From Lama glama (lineage: Eukaryota), in contig CM052816.1 in NCBI GenBank assembly GCA_028534125.1, positions 100,008,001 to 100,072,000 of the forward strand: a stretch of DNA of 64,000 nt, given 5' to 3'. Positions 1 through 12,329 of this stretch are shown piece by piece (position 1 is the first letter of the stretch; every line of letters begins with the position of its first letter). Both the position numbers and the translations under genes were made by a program. The notes under the pieces were generated by a model. That model was not told the DNA's origin and searched no databases. It was given only the letters and a program-made list of their open reading frames with translations.

Positions 1-110
1 AGTGAGCCCAGGGCTGACATCCTTGTTACGTCTGAGGCACGTGGACTGTTGCCTGCAAATGGCAGGTTTGAAGGTAGTTTTGTCCACATTTCAAAGTCTG
101 TGCCCTGGTG

Positions 111-443
111 CAGTGTAGACCACGCACAGCCCACGGGTCAAACGTGGCCCACCCCTTTCAGGCCTCGGAACTATGAATACCTCTTACATTTTTAAAATTA
201 GTTGAATAAAACACGAAAGAAGATTTCGTGACGCGTGAAAATCACAGGAGGGCCAGTTTTCAGGGCCCGCGAGGACGGCGCCGTGCAGCACGGCAGCCGC
301 ACTCAGCCCCGCGCCCGGCCTCTGCCCGGGGCGGGTTTACAGCGGCCGGCGGGGAGCCGATGGCCCGCCCCCGGGAGCCTACGAGCCTCGAAGCCTGAAG
401 CACTTCCCTCCGAGCCTTCCCAGAGCGCGGCTGCCGACTTCCG
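111..443 (+). mobile_element. MER58B-like hAT-Charlie DNA transposon relic
   Basis: Colinear with recalled MER58B motifs: 'cagcccacgggtcaaacgtggccc', 'ttacatttttaaaa..gttgaa', 'atttcgtgacgcgtgaaaatca', 'gatggcccg..aagcctgaa', ending 'tgccgacttccg'. The 3' half is strongly GC-shifted. Confidence 0.75.
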
Positions 444-960
444 GTCCGGCAGATCCGGCTCCTGAGCGCGGAGGGTCACGGAGGCGGGCGAGAGGCCGGC
501 GGGCCCGGCGCCCCAGCCCGGTCCACCCCGCCGGCTGTCGCCACGCGGGAGGGCCAGCGCAGCTTGGCTGGATTCCCTGAGTTTTCAGGACAAGACAGTG
601 AGCATAATTTTTGTGAGTTTTTTAAAAATTAAGCACCGTGTAGGGCAGAGCAGACGCAACGGTGCTCGCTGTGTGCGCGTGGGCAGCGGCAGGGTGAGCT
701 CCGCCCGGAGGGCGTGGCAGGGCGGGGCTAGGCGGGGCGGGGCGGGCAGGATGGGGCGGGGCTAGGCGGGGCGGGGCGGGGCGGGATGGGGCGGGGCATG
801 GCTGGGGGTAGTGGGGCAGGGCGGGGCTGGGCGGGGTGGGGCAGGGCTAGGCTAGGCTGAGCGGGGTAGTGGGCGAGGGGGGCGGGGCTAGGCTGAGCGC
901 CCTGGGCTCGGCCCGCTTCAGCGCCTGCCGAGCAGAACCAAAGTCCCTCACTCAGAAGAA
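225..960. promoter_or_regulatory. CpG island / candidate promoter with ETS motif and GC-box array
   Basis: Dense CpG; ACTTCCGG at 437-444; many GGGCGG boxes at 718-895. Confidence 0.8.
718..895 (+). repeat. G-rich low-complexity repeat (GGGGC/GGGCTA units), G4-prone
   Basis: Tandem 'ggggc' units; a ~34-nt unit 'gggcggggctaggcggggcggggcggg..ggat' occurs twice (720-787). Confidence 0.9.
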
Positions 961-1749
961 TTCTGGCCTCTGCACGGCTGCCTCGGAGGGGCCATGCGTT
1001 TCTGTATTTTTAACTGAAAAGTTTCCGCCTGGTGTTTTCAAACTATTAATCAATGAGGGCTGGTTTCCAAAACCACGATTGACCTAGGGCTCTCACCTGT
1101 GTGACCCTCGGGTTAGGGTCTAAACCACAGAACTAAGTAAAGATTGCTCCTGTCAGCAACAGTACGGACACTTGGGGTTGGATATCAGGGAATGTTACAT
1201 TCAAAAAGGAATTCCAATAGCAATACGTTTCTGTGTATTTTTGTCTGCTTTGAGTTACCACTCCGTAAACAGCTGGTGCATAAGTGAGCACTGAGCGACC
1301 ACACGGGCGTGCGTAGGTACGTGCTTATCACTACTTCTGTGCGTAGTTCACAAGTTTGTCCGTTTCTCTCGTATTTATACATGAGGGAGACAGAGGGACA
1401 GAGCAGGAGAGGGAGCATGCGAGGCCAGACTCTCAAGAAACGCCCAGAGCCCTGCTTGCATCTGGACGTTGGGAGGGACACGTCCGTCTACGCCCCCATC
1501 CCACCGTGACCATGACAGGCCCGCGCGGTGCCAGGCCTGGGCTGGGGACTGCTGATCTATCCGGTGAAACCATCACGTTACAGGAACGTATCAGCGGAGA
1601 GCGTGCGGCCCACCCCTGGGGACCTCTCCAGGCTGGGCCTGCTCCCTCGGCCCCGCCTCACGGGGTGGAGGGGCCTGGACCGCAGAGGGCCTCCGGCAGA
1701 CTTCACCAGTCAGTACTGTCTGCCCACGGGGTGTGAAAGGGAGCGTCTG

Positions 1750-2250
1750 AGACCTGCTCTGGTTTCTGACGTGAGTGGGTGCAGTGTCACTCACCAAAAC
1801 AGGGACTGTGGGGCAAGGCAGAAACACCTTTTGAGAGAGAGGCGAGGCGAATTCTGCCGGGAGATGTCGGACTCGCCTATCATGGGGGCTTCCGAGTACA
1901 GTTATCCAGTGGGAAGCTGTTCACAAGCTCCTGGCCAGCACAGGAAAGATACGGTCCAGAGGCAGTTAGCTGAGTGTCAGGGGAGGATGAGACGCCTGGG
2001 GTCATGGGGGCAGAGGGCACACGGCTCGGGGTGGGCCCTGCCTACATCTGCATTTAAGGTGGCGTCGGGAAGGACTTGCTGGCCAAGGTCCTGGGGAAAA
2101 AGTGGGAAGAGCCAGGTCATGGCGACAAGGAAGGAGGTGGCCACAAACAGGCAACGGCAGGAAGCCATGTGTGTGTAACCCGAGATGGGCCTGGTGACCG
2201 GAGCGCAGCTTCTGGGTGTCCGTGAGGGGGCGCGGGGTGGAGGGGCTGGA
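1750..2250 (-). mobile_element. Degraded L2 LINE fragment
   Basis: Purine-rich pattern such as 'gtgtcactcaccaaaacaggga..gagatgtcgga..' resembles antisense L2; highly diverged. Confidence 0.4.
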
Positions 2251-2304
2251 TCTTCAGGGGAGGAAATGACTCCAGATGAAGAGAGATCTGGTTTCTACCA
2301 ACAT

Positions 2305-2475
2305 CTGTGTCTGCGTGTGTGTCTGTGTTTGTGTGTGTTTGTATGTGTGTGTCTGTGTGTATCTGTTATATGTGTCTCTGTGTGTGTGTGTGTCTGTGTG
2401 TGTTTGTGTGTGTATGTGTGTGTTCCTGTGTGTACCTGTGTGTGTCTCTCTGTGTGTATGTGTGTGTGTGTGTGC
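2305..2475 (+). repeat. Imperfect (TG)n microsatellite
   Basis: About 170 nt of TG dinucleotides interrupted by TC/TA/TT; explains the CV/HT-rich pseudo-ORFs. Confidence 0.97.
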
Positions 2476-4620
2476 ACACAAGGCCCTAGGCACGCACCTG
2501 TTTCATGTTTAGCTGGTGCAGAGGTTGAGAAGGGTGGGTGCCCATGTACTGCTTGCTTTCACAGCCCCGTGGGCTGTCAGGTCCGGGCGCCCCAGCCCTA
2601 ACCCTGGCCTTTTATTTTACTTGAAAATCAGTTTGCAGTGCCTACACTTTCCATGCCATCCAAACGGGCAACCAGGTAGGGGACAGAGCCACCTGCTCCA
2701 GGACTTCTGCCCTTCCCCCGCCCCCACGCAGCAGGAACAGGGCTCCCGTGGCCGGGCTGCGGGGCGAGGGGCAGCGGGAGGCTTGGCTCAGGCCCGTGTG
2801 GTGTCCGGATTCCCGGGCTCTCTCCCTCCACCCTCGTGCTTCATCTCTGCCTTTTACTCCAATGATTCCACTTGCGCAAAACTTTAGAGAAAGAAAGACA
2901 CCATCTTGTTCTTGTTTTCAAAAAGTCACACTTTACCAGCAAACCAAGGACTGGCGCTGTTTTCATTTCCCTAAAATATGATAGGAGATAGGGACACGAG
3001 AAACCACAGAACCCCACACTCACCTGGCTCTCTGTGTGCACACACGGTGCGTATGCAGGTGTGCAAACAATGCTAACTTTGGAGGCCTTCCAAGCTTGTT
3101 TAGAGATGAAGACATACAAAGCAGATGCGTCTGTATCTGCTGACGGGGAGGCCGCCTCTCAAGCACGAGTCACGTTGTTTGACAGTTGGTTCTGCGATTT
3201 CATCTTGATTTTTCTGAAGCAACTCAGATCAGGTTACCCTTAACACCAAATCAAAGTTTCTAAAAACACCCCAAGATATCAGTGCTTTAAAGTTTTCAAC
3301 ACTCTCCGGGGAGCTCCAGTTCCCCCATCCCAAGGACAACGAACAGCGACATTGACAGGAACCCCTCCAGGTACACCGTGTAGGCAGCCAGTCACACCAG
3401 GCTGCCCTGCTCATTTTTTAAAAGGTCTGTGCCTGCCCCAAGCTCCCTATTACACTTTTTTCCAAGCTTAGAAACACTGTTTCTATGAGCTGTACCTTAA
3501 ACAGATCACCGTGTCAGTCATTCTCTGGTGTTGCTCAGCACTGGAGATCCTTAAATCGTTTGTCCGCTGACCGTGTGTGCTCGACTCCAGCTCCCAGCAA
3601 CCCCTGGGTTTCCCCTGGGTTCTTTAGAACATTCTCTGTACTTTCCTTCCAGAGCTGATCTTCTTGGATTATGAATTTTTTAAAAATCAACTTTACTGAG
3701 GTATAACTTACAAACAGTAAAATGCACATTTTGATGAGGTTTGAAAACGGTGTACACCGGTGAAGTCAGCGCCCCGGTCATGACGAAGAAAATTTCCATC
3801 ATCCCAGAGATTCCCCAGGTCCCGTCCTCAGTGGGCTCCCGCCCTTGTCTCTCTGCCACAGCAGCTACTGGCTGTTTTCTGTCACTGTTGACTGCACTTC
3901 GTCCCCTTGTGCCCGTGTAATTGGGATCACACCTTCACACCTGCCCTCTTCTGCCCAGAATGGTTCTTTTGCTCTCCTCGTGTGTATGAGCACCTGTTCA
4001 TTTTTGCTGCTCAACAGTGTCCCATTGACTAGAGGCGCTGTGACTCTCACCCACCTGTTGACGGATACTTGGGTTGCTTCTGGTTTGGGCAGGTACATTT
4101 GTCAAAGTTGCCACGAACATCTGTGTACAGGACTCTGGGTAAACACCTACGAGCAGAATTGCTGAATCACATGTAAGTGAGTGTTTAGCTTCATAAGAAA
4201 CCGCCAAATTGTTCTGCAAGGTGGTTGTACCAGTTCATGCCCCTACCAGCTATGCTGAGGCTCCAGCCCCACTGAAACGTCACCTTGCCAGTCTTTTCTA
4301 ACGTTAGTCATTCTGATGAGCGTGTAGCAGGTTCTCACCATGGCTTGGAATTGCATTTTCCTAATGGCTAATGACGTTGAGCATCTTTTCATGTGCATGT
4401 TGGCTACTGCTGTCTCTTCTTTGGTGAAATGTCTGTTCAATCGTTAGTCCCCTCCTTTTATTAAAATTGGGTTATATGTCTTCATATTATTGACATGTAA
4501 ATGTCTTTATTTGTTGTGGATAGAAGTTATCTGTCAGATATACATATTGTGAAGATTTCCCCTCAACTATTGTTGTGCTTTTTAATTTTCTCAGTGATGT
4601 CTTTAAAAGAACAGGGTTTT

Positions 4621-4825
4621 GTAGAATAGATAAACAAGTTTATACTGTATAGCACAGGGAAATATATACAAGATCTTGTGGTAGCTCGTGGTGAAAAAGA
4701 ATGTGAAAATGAATATATGCATATTCGTGTCTGACTGAAAAATTCTGCTCTGCACCAGAAATTGACACAACATCGTAAACTGACTGTAATTTAAATAATA
4801 CATACATACATAAAATAAAAATAAG
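4621..4825 (+). mobile_element. Young 5'-truncated L1 3'UTR with 16-bp TSD
   Basis: 'ctgtatagcacagggaaatatat..ccagaaattgacacaac' plus A-rich tail; TSD aaaagaacagggtttt (4605-4620) / aaaagaacagagtttt (4826-4841) at a TT|AAAA site. Confidence 0.92.
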
Positions 4826-4874
4826 AAAAGAACAGAGTTTTCATTTTGATGAATTTATATCATTTTTTAACTTT

Positions 4875-5320
4875 CTAACAAATGCTTTATCTTAAAACAG
4901 TTAGAATTACGGAAAGCTTGCAAAGATAGCGTGGAAGTTCTCTTATCTCCTACACCTAGTTCTCTGCATCTTGCACTTGCCCACGTCTTCCTTCGGCGTG
5001 TACATTTGCCACAGTTAAATCGATATTTATGCGATATTATGACTGAACTCCGTACTCCATCCAGTTTTCTTCACTTTCTCACTAATGTCGCTCTTCTGTT
5101 CCAGGATCCCACCCAGGACACCACGTGGCTCCTCTTGGCTGTGGTGGGTTTTCAGACTTTTCTTCATTTGGATAATTTTGACAGCTTTGAGGAGTGCTGG
5201 TCCCACATTTTGTAGAATATCCCTCATCTGGGATTTGTTTGATTGACTGACGACCAGGCTGGGGTTGTGGATCTGGGGGAAGGAGAACACAGATAGAAAG
5301 CGCCAGCCAAGGACGTCCAC
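4875..5320 (-). mobile_element. L1MC/L1MD-like 3'UTR fragment nested in older L1
   Basis: 'ttctgttccaggatcccacccaggacacc' and 'ttttgtagaatatccctcatctgggatttg' are typical L1MC/MD 3'UTR motifs. Confidence 0.75.
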
Positions 5321-5939
5321 TTTGTCATTTAGTCTTTTAGGTTTTATGCTTTTTGTGTCCTGAGAACTTTTTGAACATGATGAGGTAAAATCAATCTCTT
5401 TCTACTCCATTTTCAAGTAGAAAATCTGTATTCTTAGTGTTTACATCTGTGTCTATATATGTCTGCTGGGTTTCGAAGTAACTTTATGTGTGGTGTAAGC
5501 AAAGTGTCATGGTTCTTTTTTTTTTTTTTAAATTCTATGACTATCCAGTTTTCGCAGCACCATTTTTATAAAAGAGCATCCTTTCCTCATTGGATTACCA
5601 TGACACTGTTGTGAAAAATCATTTGGCCATACATTGGCTTATAATTGAATTCTTTCTTTTGTTGAATTAATATATGTCTGTTCCTATGCCAGTTACATAC
5701 TGCTAGATTTCTGTAACTTTAAGGTAAATCTTAGCGTCAAATAAGATAAACGCTTAAACTTTGTTCTGCTTTTTTTCAAAATTGTTTTGTTTCTGCCAGA
5801 TCTTTTGCATTTCCACATACGTTTTAGAATCAGAATATCAGTTTCCATAAAAATCATCTGCTGGAAGTTTTTTCATTTTGTTTTGTTTTGGGGGTTGTAT
5901 TGAATCTATACATCCATTTTTAGAAGAAATGTCATGTCA

Positions 5940-6340
5940 TGTCAGAGAACATACTTTGTATAATTTCAATGTTTAAAAATGTTGAGTGACTCATTCTATG
6001 GCTCAGCGTGTGAACTGCCCTGGTAAATGTCCTTTCCAAGACATTTTATTTCTTTTTAGTTTGAAAGTGATTTTTGCTGGCGTTGGAATTCTACGTGGAC
6101 AATTTAGCACTTTAAGCATGCTGTTCCTTTTTCCCTGGCTCGAATTGTTTTCCATGCAAAGTCTGCTCTAATACAAACAGTTTTTCTTCTCTATCTAGTG
6201 TGTCTTTTTTACTCTGCCTGAGCTTAAGATTTTCTGTTCATTGCAGGATTTCATATATTTTATTATGAATTGTCTCACTGTGGCTTTGTGTGTGGTTTTC
6301 CTGCTTGAGGGCCATTAATCCTCTTGAAGGGTCTTTGGAC
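5940..6340 (-). mobile_element. Old L1 ORF1/ORF2-5' fragments
   Basis: 'tcagagaacatactttgtataatttcaat' and 'ttgaaagtgatttttgctggcgttggaattct' are antisense L1 motifs. Confidence 0.65.
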
Positions 6341-6549
6341 ACACTAATGGTACCCTGAGTGATCAGCAAAGACTCTCCACTCTGCTAATAAGTTGCATGG
6401 CTCCTACGCCTGGATCTGTTTATTTGTCGATCTTTGCCACACTTGTGGAGTTTAAGCCTACACGTATAACTCATGTCTTGGTATCCAGCAAAGCTCAAAG
6501 AAACACCAGGGCACATTTATGTTTGTTTGTTTGTTTGTTTCTCGGCATA

Positions 6550-9163
6550 GAAAGAGACAGAGAATTCAGCTCTCTTGTATAAAGACATGCAGCAGATCCA
6601 ACACCAAGATGATGCAGATGTTGGAATTATTTGACCAAGACGTTAAAGCAACTAGTATAACCATGCTCCAACACATAAGCATAAGTACTTTGGAAACAAA
6701 TGAGAAGATAGAGAATCTGAATACAGAAATGGAAGCTAAGAAGAAGATCCAAATAGAAATTTTATAACTAAAAAGTAAAATAACAGAAACTTAAAAGAGA
6801 AATTCGATTAAAAATAAAAAACTGTGACTCAGGGACCTATGGAACAGTCACAAAAGCTCTAACGTGTACAACCAGGGAAGAACAAGAGGCTGGTGTTTAA
6901 AAAATTTAAAGAAATAATAGTTGAAAAATCCCCAAGTTTAGTTAAAGGTATAAATTTATATATTGAATAAGCTAAGTGACCTTTTACAGGATAACCAAAA
7001 GAAATCTACTCTAAGACACATAATAATAAAAATGCTAAAAGCTAATTTTTTTAAGTGCTTTAAGCGCCAATTGAAAATGACACATTTTCTATAGGGAGAT
7101 GATCAGAAAGACTGTGGGTTTTTCATCAGAAACAGTGAAACAGGAGGAAGACATAGAGCATCTCTAAAGTGCTGAAGGTAAAGATCGGTCAACCCTTACG
7201 TTCTACACAGTGAAGCAGCCTTCATCAATGAAAGCAGAATAGACATTCTCAGGTGAAAAACCATGAGAGAGATTGGTGAGAAAAGACCTACTCCAAGAGA
7301 ATTACCAGGAAAGTCTTCAACCAAAAGAGAAAGATACGTGAAGGATTATTTGAGTACAAAGATGAAGGAAGAAAACAGAAGTGGTAAATGTCTGGGTAAA
7401 TATGATAGACTCTTCTCCTCTTAAGATCTTTAAAATGTGTTTGATGCTTACAAGCAAAACTTATCTTCTGATAGAGATTTCAATACATATTGGTGTAATA
7501 TAGTAAGACAATGCAGAGGAAGAAGGTATTCTATATGCTTGTAAGGTGAAATACTGATTCTAAATAAGCTGTGGAGAGTTAAGTGCGCACATTATAATCT
7601 CAAGAAAAACTCTACAAGTTACACACACATTCCATATATTTATAAATAGACGTATAGATATAGATAGATAGACAATGTCAAACTGCAATAGATGAACTAG
7701 AATGGAATACTAAAATGTGAATAATCCAACAAAGGCAGAAAACCGAGGAACAAAAACAAAAGGAAGAAAGAAAAAACAGATAGTGAAATGGTAGACCTAA
7801 ACTCAAATGTATCAGTAATTACCTTAAATGTAAATGGTCCACATATACCCATAAAAATATAGAGATTATCACAATGGATTTAAAAAATGACCTGACTATA
7901 TGCTATCTCTAACGAACTTGCTTAAAGTATGGTGATACAGGCAATTTAAAGTAAAAGGATGGAGAAAGATACTGCATGAAACACTAATGGAAAGAAAGTT
8001 GGGGTGGCAATAGTGGTATCGGGTGATGTAGACTGTGGAGCAAAGACAATGGCCAGGGCTAAAGGGGACATTACAGAATGATAAATGGTTGCATTCCCGA
8101 AGAAGACATAACAATATTAATTATGTACGCACCTGACAACATGAAGCAAAAACTTGCAAGCTGAAAGGAGAAGTAGACAAATGCACACACTTATAGTCGG
8201 AGACTTTAGTTCATCTCTCTGTAACAGATGCAACTTGTACACAGACGTTCACCAGGAATGCAGAAAAGCAGAGTAATGCCACCCGCCAGCTGGACCTCGC
8301 CACGACTGAACACCAGCCCACTGCCGCAGGTAGTACACATTCTTTTCAGATGCACGTGTAACATTCACCAAGATTGACTATGTTCCTAATCACAGAACAG
8401 ACTTTACTAATTCAATAAAGTTGAAATCATGCAAAACGTGTTTTTAGACCACAGTAGGATTAAACTAGAAATCAATGAGAGAAAGATATCAAGAAAATCT
8501 CCAAACACTTAGACATTAACCAACATACCTCTAAATAATCCACGGGGTGAATAATATCAAAGGACATTAGAAACATTTTGAACAAAAATAAAATAAAAGT
8601 GTTTCATATGAAATCTGTGGGATGGACCTGAAACAGTGCTTTGAGGGGAATCTATAGCATTAGCAGTGTGTGTGAGAAACCAAGAAAAGTTTCAAATCAA
8701 AGATCCAAGCTTCTTTTTTTGAGAAGCCAGAAAAGGAAGAACAAAATAAGCATAAATCAGCAAAGGAGAAGAAACAAAACAGAAACCCGTGCAATGCAAA
8801 GCGGAAGCACAGAGAAAAAGAAAAAAAAACCCTGAAAGCTGCTGCTTTGAAACAGTCAGTAAAATTGATAAGCTTCTAGCTAGATTGACAAAAAAGAGAT
8901 AAAAAGTGCACGTTACTGATGCCAAGGATGAGAGAGGTCGTATCACCTCATGACATTAAAGGGCTGAAGAGGGAGCACGGAGCACACGCTGCACTGGGAA
9001 CACCAACAACTCACCAAACAGGGTCCAATCACTGGAAATGATAGACGTGAAATGACCAAAACCAAAACCTTTGCTCTCTGAAAGGCAGGGTACGAGAACC
9101 ACATACGTGCTACACATTGAGGGGGCACACTTCTGAATCATGTGTCTAGAACTGGACATTTAC
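6550..9163 (+). mobile_element. Old L1M (ORF1, inter-ORF, ORF2 endonuclease region), degraded
   Basis: ORF 6519-6767 (MMQMLELFDQDVKA..NEKIENLN) is ORF1-like; 'tcagtaattaccttaaatgtaaatggtc' is the ORF2 start (ITLNVNG-like). Confidence 0.88.
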
Positions 9164-11355
9164 GGGTACAGAGGGAACATATCTCAACATAATTAAAGCT
9201 ACTTATGACAGACCCACAACCAGCATAGTACTCGATGGTGAGAAGTTAAAAGCCTTCACTAAAATTTGGAACAGGACAAGGATGCCCACTCTCACCACTT
9301 CTATTCAACATAGCATTAGAAGTTGTAGCCACAGCAATCAGGGAAATAACAGGGATCCAACTTGGAAGAGGAGAGGTAAAATTGTCACTATATGCAGATG
9401 ACATCATCCTATATATAGAAAACCCTAAAGGCTCCACATAAAAACTGCTAAAGCTGATAACAGAATTCGGCAAGGTAGCAGGATACAAGATTAACATACA
9501 GAAATCAGCTGCATTTCTTTACACTAACAATGAAATGTTAGAAAAAGTAAAGAAATAATCCCTTTTAAACTCGCTTCCAAAAAAATAAAATACATAGGCA
9601 TAAATCTGACCAAAGTGGTGAAGGACTTATATGTAGAGAACTATAAAGCATTGATTAAGGAAATTAAAGATGACTTAAACAAATGGAAAGATACTCCACG
9701 CTCTCAGACTGGAAGAATTAAGACTGTTAAAATGGCCATGCTGCCCAAAGCAATCTACACATTCAGTGTGAGCCTTATCAAATTATGCAGGAAGTTTTTC
9801 ACAGAACTAGAATAAATAATCCTAAAATTTATATGGACTCACAAAGGACCCAGAATTGCCAAAGCAATACTGAAGAAAAAAAGAAGCTGGAGGAATAACC
9901 TTCCCAGAATTCAGACAACCCTACAAAGCTATAGTAATCAAAACAGTGTGGTATTGGCACAAGAACAGCCATATGGACCAGTGGAGCAGAAAAAGATAGT
10001 CTCTTCAGCAAATAGTGTTGGGAAAACTGGACAGTAGCATTGAAATCAATGAAGTAAGAACACTCCTTCACACCAAACACAAAAATAAACAAAATGGCTT
10101 AAAGACTTAAACATAAGACAAGACACAATAAATCTCCTAGAAGAAAACATAGGCAAAAAATTATCTCACACACATCTCAGCAATGTTCTCCTAGGGCAGT
10201 CTCCCCAGGCAATAGAAATAAAAGCAAAAATAAAAAATGGGACCTAATTAAACATATAAGCTTTTCACAGCAAAGGAAACCATAAACAAAACAAAAAGAC
10301 AACCTACAGAATGGGAGAAAATATTTTCAAATGATGCAACTGACTAGGGCTTAATTTCCAGACTATATAAACATCTCATACAAATTAATGACCAAAAAAA
10401 AAAAAAACCAGCCTAATCCAAAAATGTGCCGAAGACCTAAACAAGCAATTCTCCAGTGAAGACATACTAATGGCCAATAGGCACAAGAAAAATGCTCAAT
10501 GTTCCTAATTATCAGAGAAATGCAAATCAAAACTACAACGAGGTATCACCTCACACCGGTCAGAATGGCCATCATTCAAAAGTCCACAAACAATAAATGC
10601 TGGAGAAGATGTGGAGAAAAGGGAACCCTCCTACACTGCTGGTGGGAATGTAGTTTGGTGCAACCATTATGGAAAACAGTATGGAGATTCCTCAAAATAT
10701 AAAAAATAGACTTACCATATGATCCAGTAATCCCACTCCTTGGCATACATCCAGAGGGGACTCTAATTTGAAAATATACATGCACCCCAATGTTTATAGC
10801 AGCACTATTTAGAATAGCCAAGACATGGAAACAACCTCAATTTCCATCAATAGATGATTGGATAAAGAAGTTGTGGTATATTTATACAATGGAACACTAC
10901 TCAGCCATAAAAAGGAATAAAATAATACCATTTGCAGCAGCATGGATGGACCTGGAGATTGTTATTTTCAGTGAAGTAAGCCAGAAAGAGAAAGAAAAAT
11001 ATCATATGATATCACGCATATGTGGAATCTAAAAAAAGAAAAAAGAAGACACTAATGAAATTATCTACAAAACAGAAACAGACTCACAGACATAGTAAAC
11101 AAATTGAGAGTTGAGGTTTGCAGATACTGACTCCTATATATAAAAGAGATAAACAATAAGTGTCTTCTGTACAGCACAGGGAACTATATTTAATATCTTG
11201 CAGTGACCTATAATGAAAAAGAATGTGAAACAAAACATACATGTGTATATATATATATATATATTTATATGTATGACTGAAACATTATGCTATAGACCAG
11301 AAATTGAGACACTGTAATTGATTATACTTCAATAAAAATAAATAAATAAAAACAT
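9164..11355 (+). mobile_element. Younger lineage L1, 5'-truncated: RT domain to poly(A)
   Basis: Encodes [13 protein letters not shown] (~9268) and SLYADD (YADD at 9391-9402). ORFs 9615, 10499 and 10790 are ORF2 C-terminal (..HCWWEC.., ..WIKKLWYIYTME..). Has a 3'UTR and A-tail; frameshifted. Confidence 0.97.
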
Positions 11356-11359
11356 AAAA

Positions 11360-12290
11360 ATGGGCTTGTATCCAAAATACACACACACACATTCACACAC
11401 ACATATATATGTGTGTTTGTATCCAGAAAATATAAGGCAAAATATATATTTTTGAAATATATATATTTCAAAACAAAATACTAAAAATAATCCATTTAAA
11501 ATTGGGCAAAATATTTGGATAGACATTTCACCAAAGAGGAAGCAAATAGCACATAAAAAGATGTTCAATATCATTAGCCATTAGGGAATTCAAAGTAAAA
11601 TTTTGATGAGAGAGTTCTCCATACCTTCTCACATGGCTGGAATAAAAAATCAAGACATTTTTAAGTGCTGGTGAAGATGTCGAGCAACCAGAACGTGCAT
11701 TGCTGATTGCAATGGAAAGTGATACAGCCTTTCTGGAAAACAACTTGGCATTTTCTTGCAAATTTACCTGTATATTTACCACGTGAGTCAGCAACTCCAC
11801 TCCTGGGTATTTGTTCCAGATAAATGAAAATTCAGGTTCACACAAAAACCTGTGCATAAAGATATATAGCAACTCTAGTTGCAATGGCCAAACAAGGGAC
11901 ATGCCTGAGTGTCCTTCACCAGGCGAGTGGATTAGCTGGGTCTGGTAGCCACAATGAGGATTCCAGCTCAGCGGTGAAGAGGCAGGCTCTCCTCATACAC
12001 ACAGCTCGGGTGAGGCTCAAAGTGAGAGAAGCCGGAGTTAAGATAACATGCTGCTTGACGCCGTTCATATTCATCTGACATTCTCAAGCAGGTGGAACCA
12101 TGACGATGGGGCCAGGATTGCTACGGGTCAGAGTGGAGAGGAGACACAACTCTACAGGTCTAAATGGATGGAGGGCCGTGGGGGGTTCTCAGTGTGAGTG
12201 TTCTGTATCGTGATTGTGATAATGTTTGCACAAATCTACACACCGACAAAGGGCAGCCTTACTGTGTGATGATTTAAAAATTAAAATCCA
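11360..12290 (+). mobile_element. Continuation of old L1 (ORF2 end and 3'UTR) after the younger insertion
   Basis: 'attgggcaaaatatttggatagacatttcaccaaagagga' and 'caactccactcctgggtattt'; resumes the sequence interrupted at ~9163. Confidence 0.85.
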
Positions 12291-12329
12291 GGAGAAAAAA
12301 ACCCAAGTGGCCAGTAATAGCAGAATAGC

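Larger units (their letters stand above)
3676..5935 (-). mobile_element. Old L1 (L1MB/L1ME-like) 3' end and ORF2 3' region, interrupted by two insertions
   Basis: Starts 'ttttaaaaatcaactttactgaggtataa'; contains 'ttgcattttcctaatggctaatgacgttgagcatcttttcatgtgc' and 'tatccagttttcgcagcaccatt'. ORF 4243-4440 (MNRHFTKEE..KRCSTSLAIRKMQ) is L1 ORF2-like. Confidence 0.9.

Noticed and set aside
1528..2178. Longest ORF (216 aa, GTG start)
   Set aside because: No recognisable domain, overlaps a probable L2 relic, and GC-rich DNA yields such frames by chance.
2185..2601. Cys/Val- and His/Thr-rich ORFs
   Set aside because: Translations of the (TG)n microsatellite.
9615..11032. ORFs with clear protein similarity (RT/ORF2 C-terminus)
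   Set aside because: Fragments of a frameshifted, 5'-truncated L1, not a functional gene or novel RT system.
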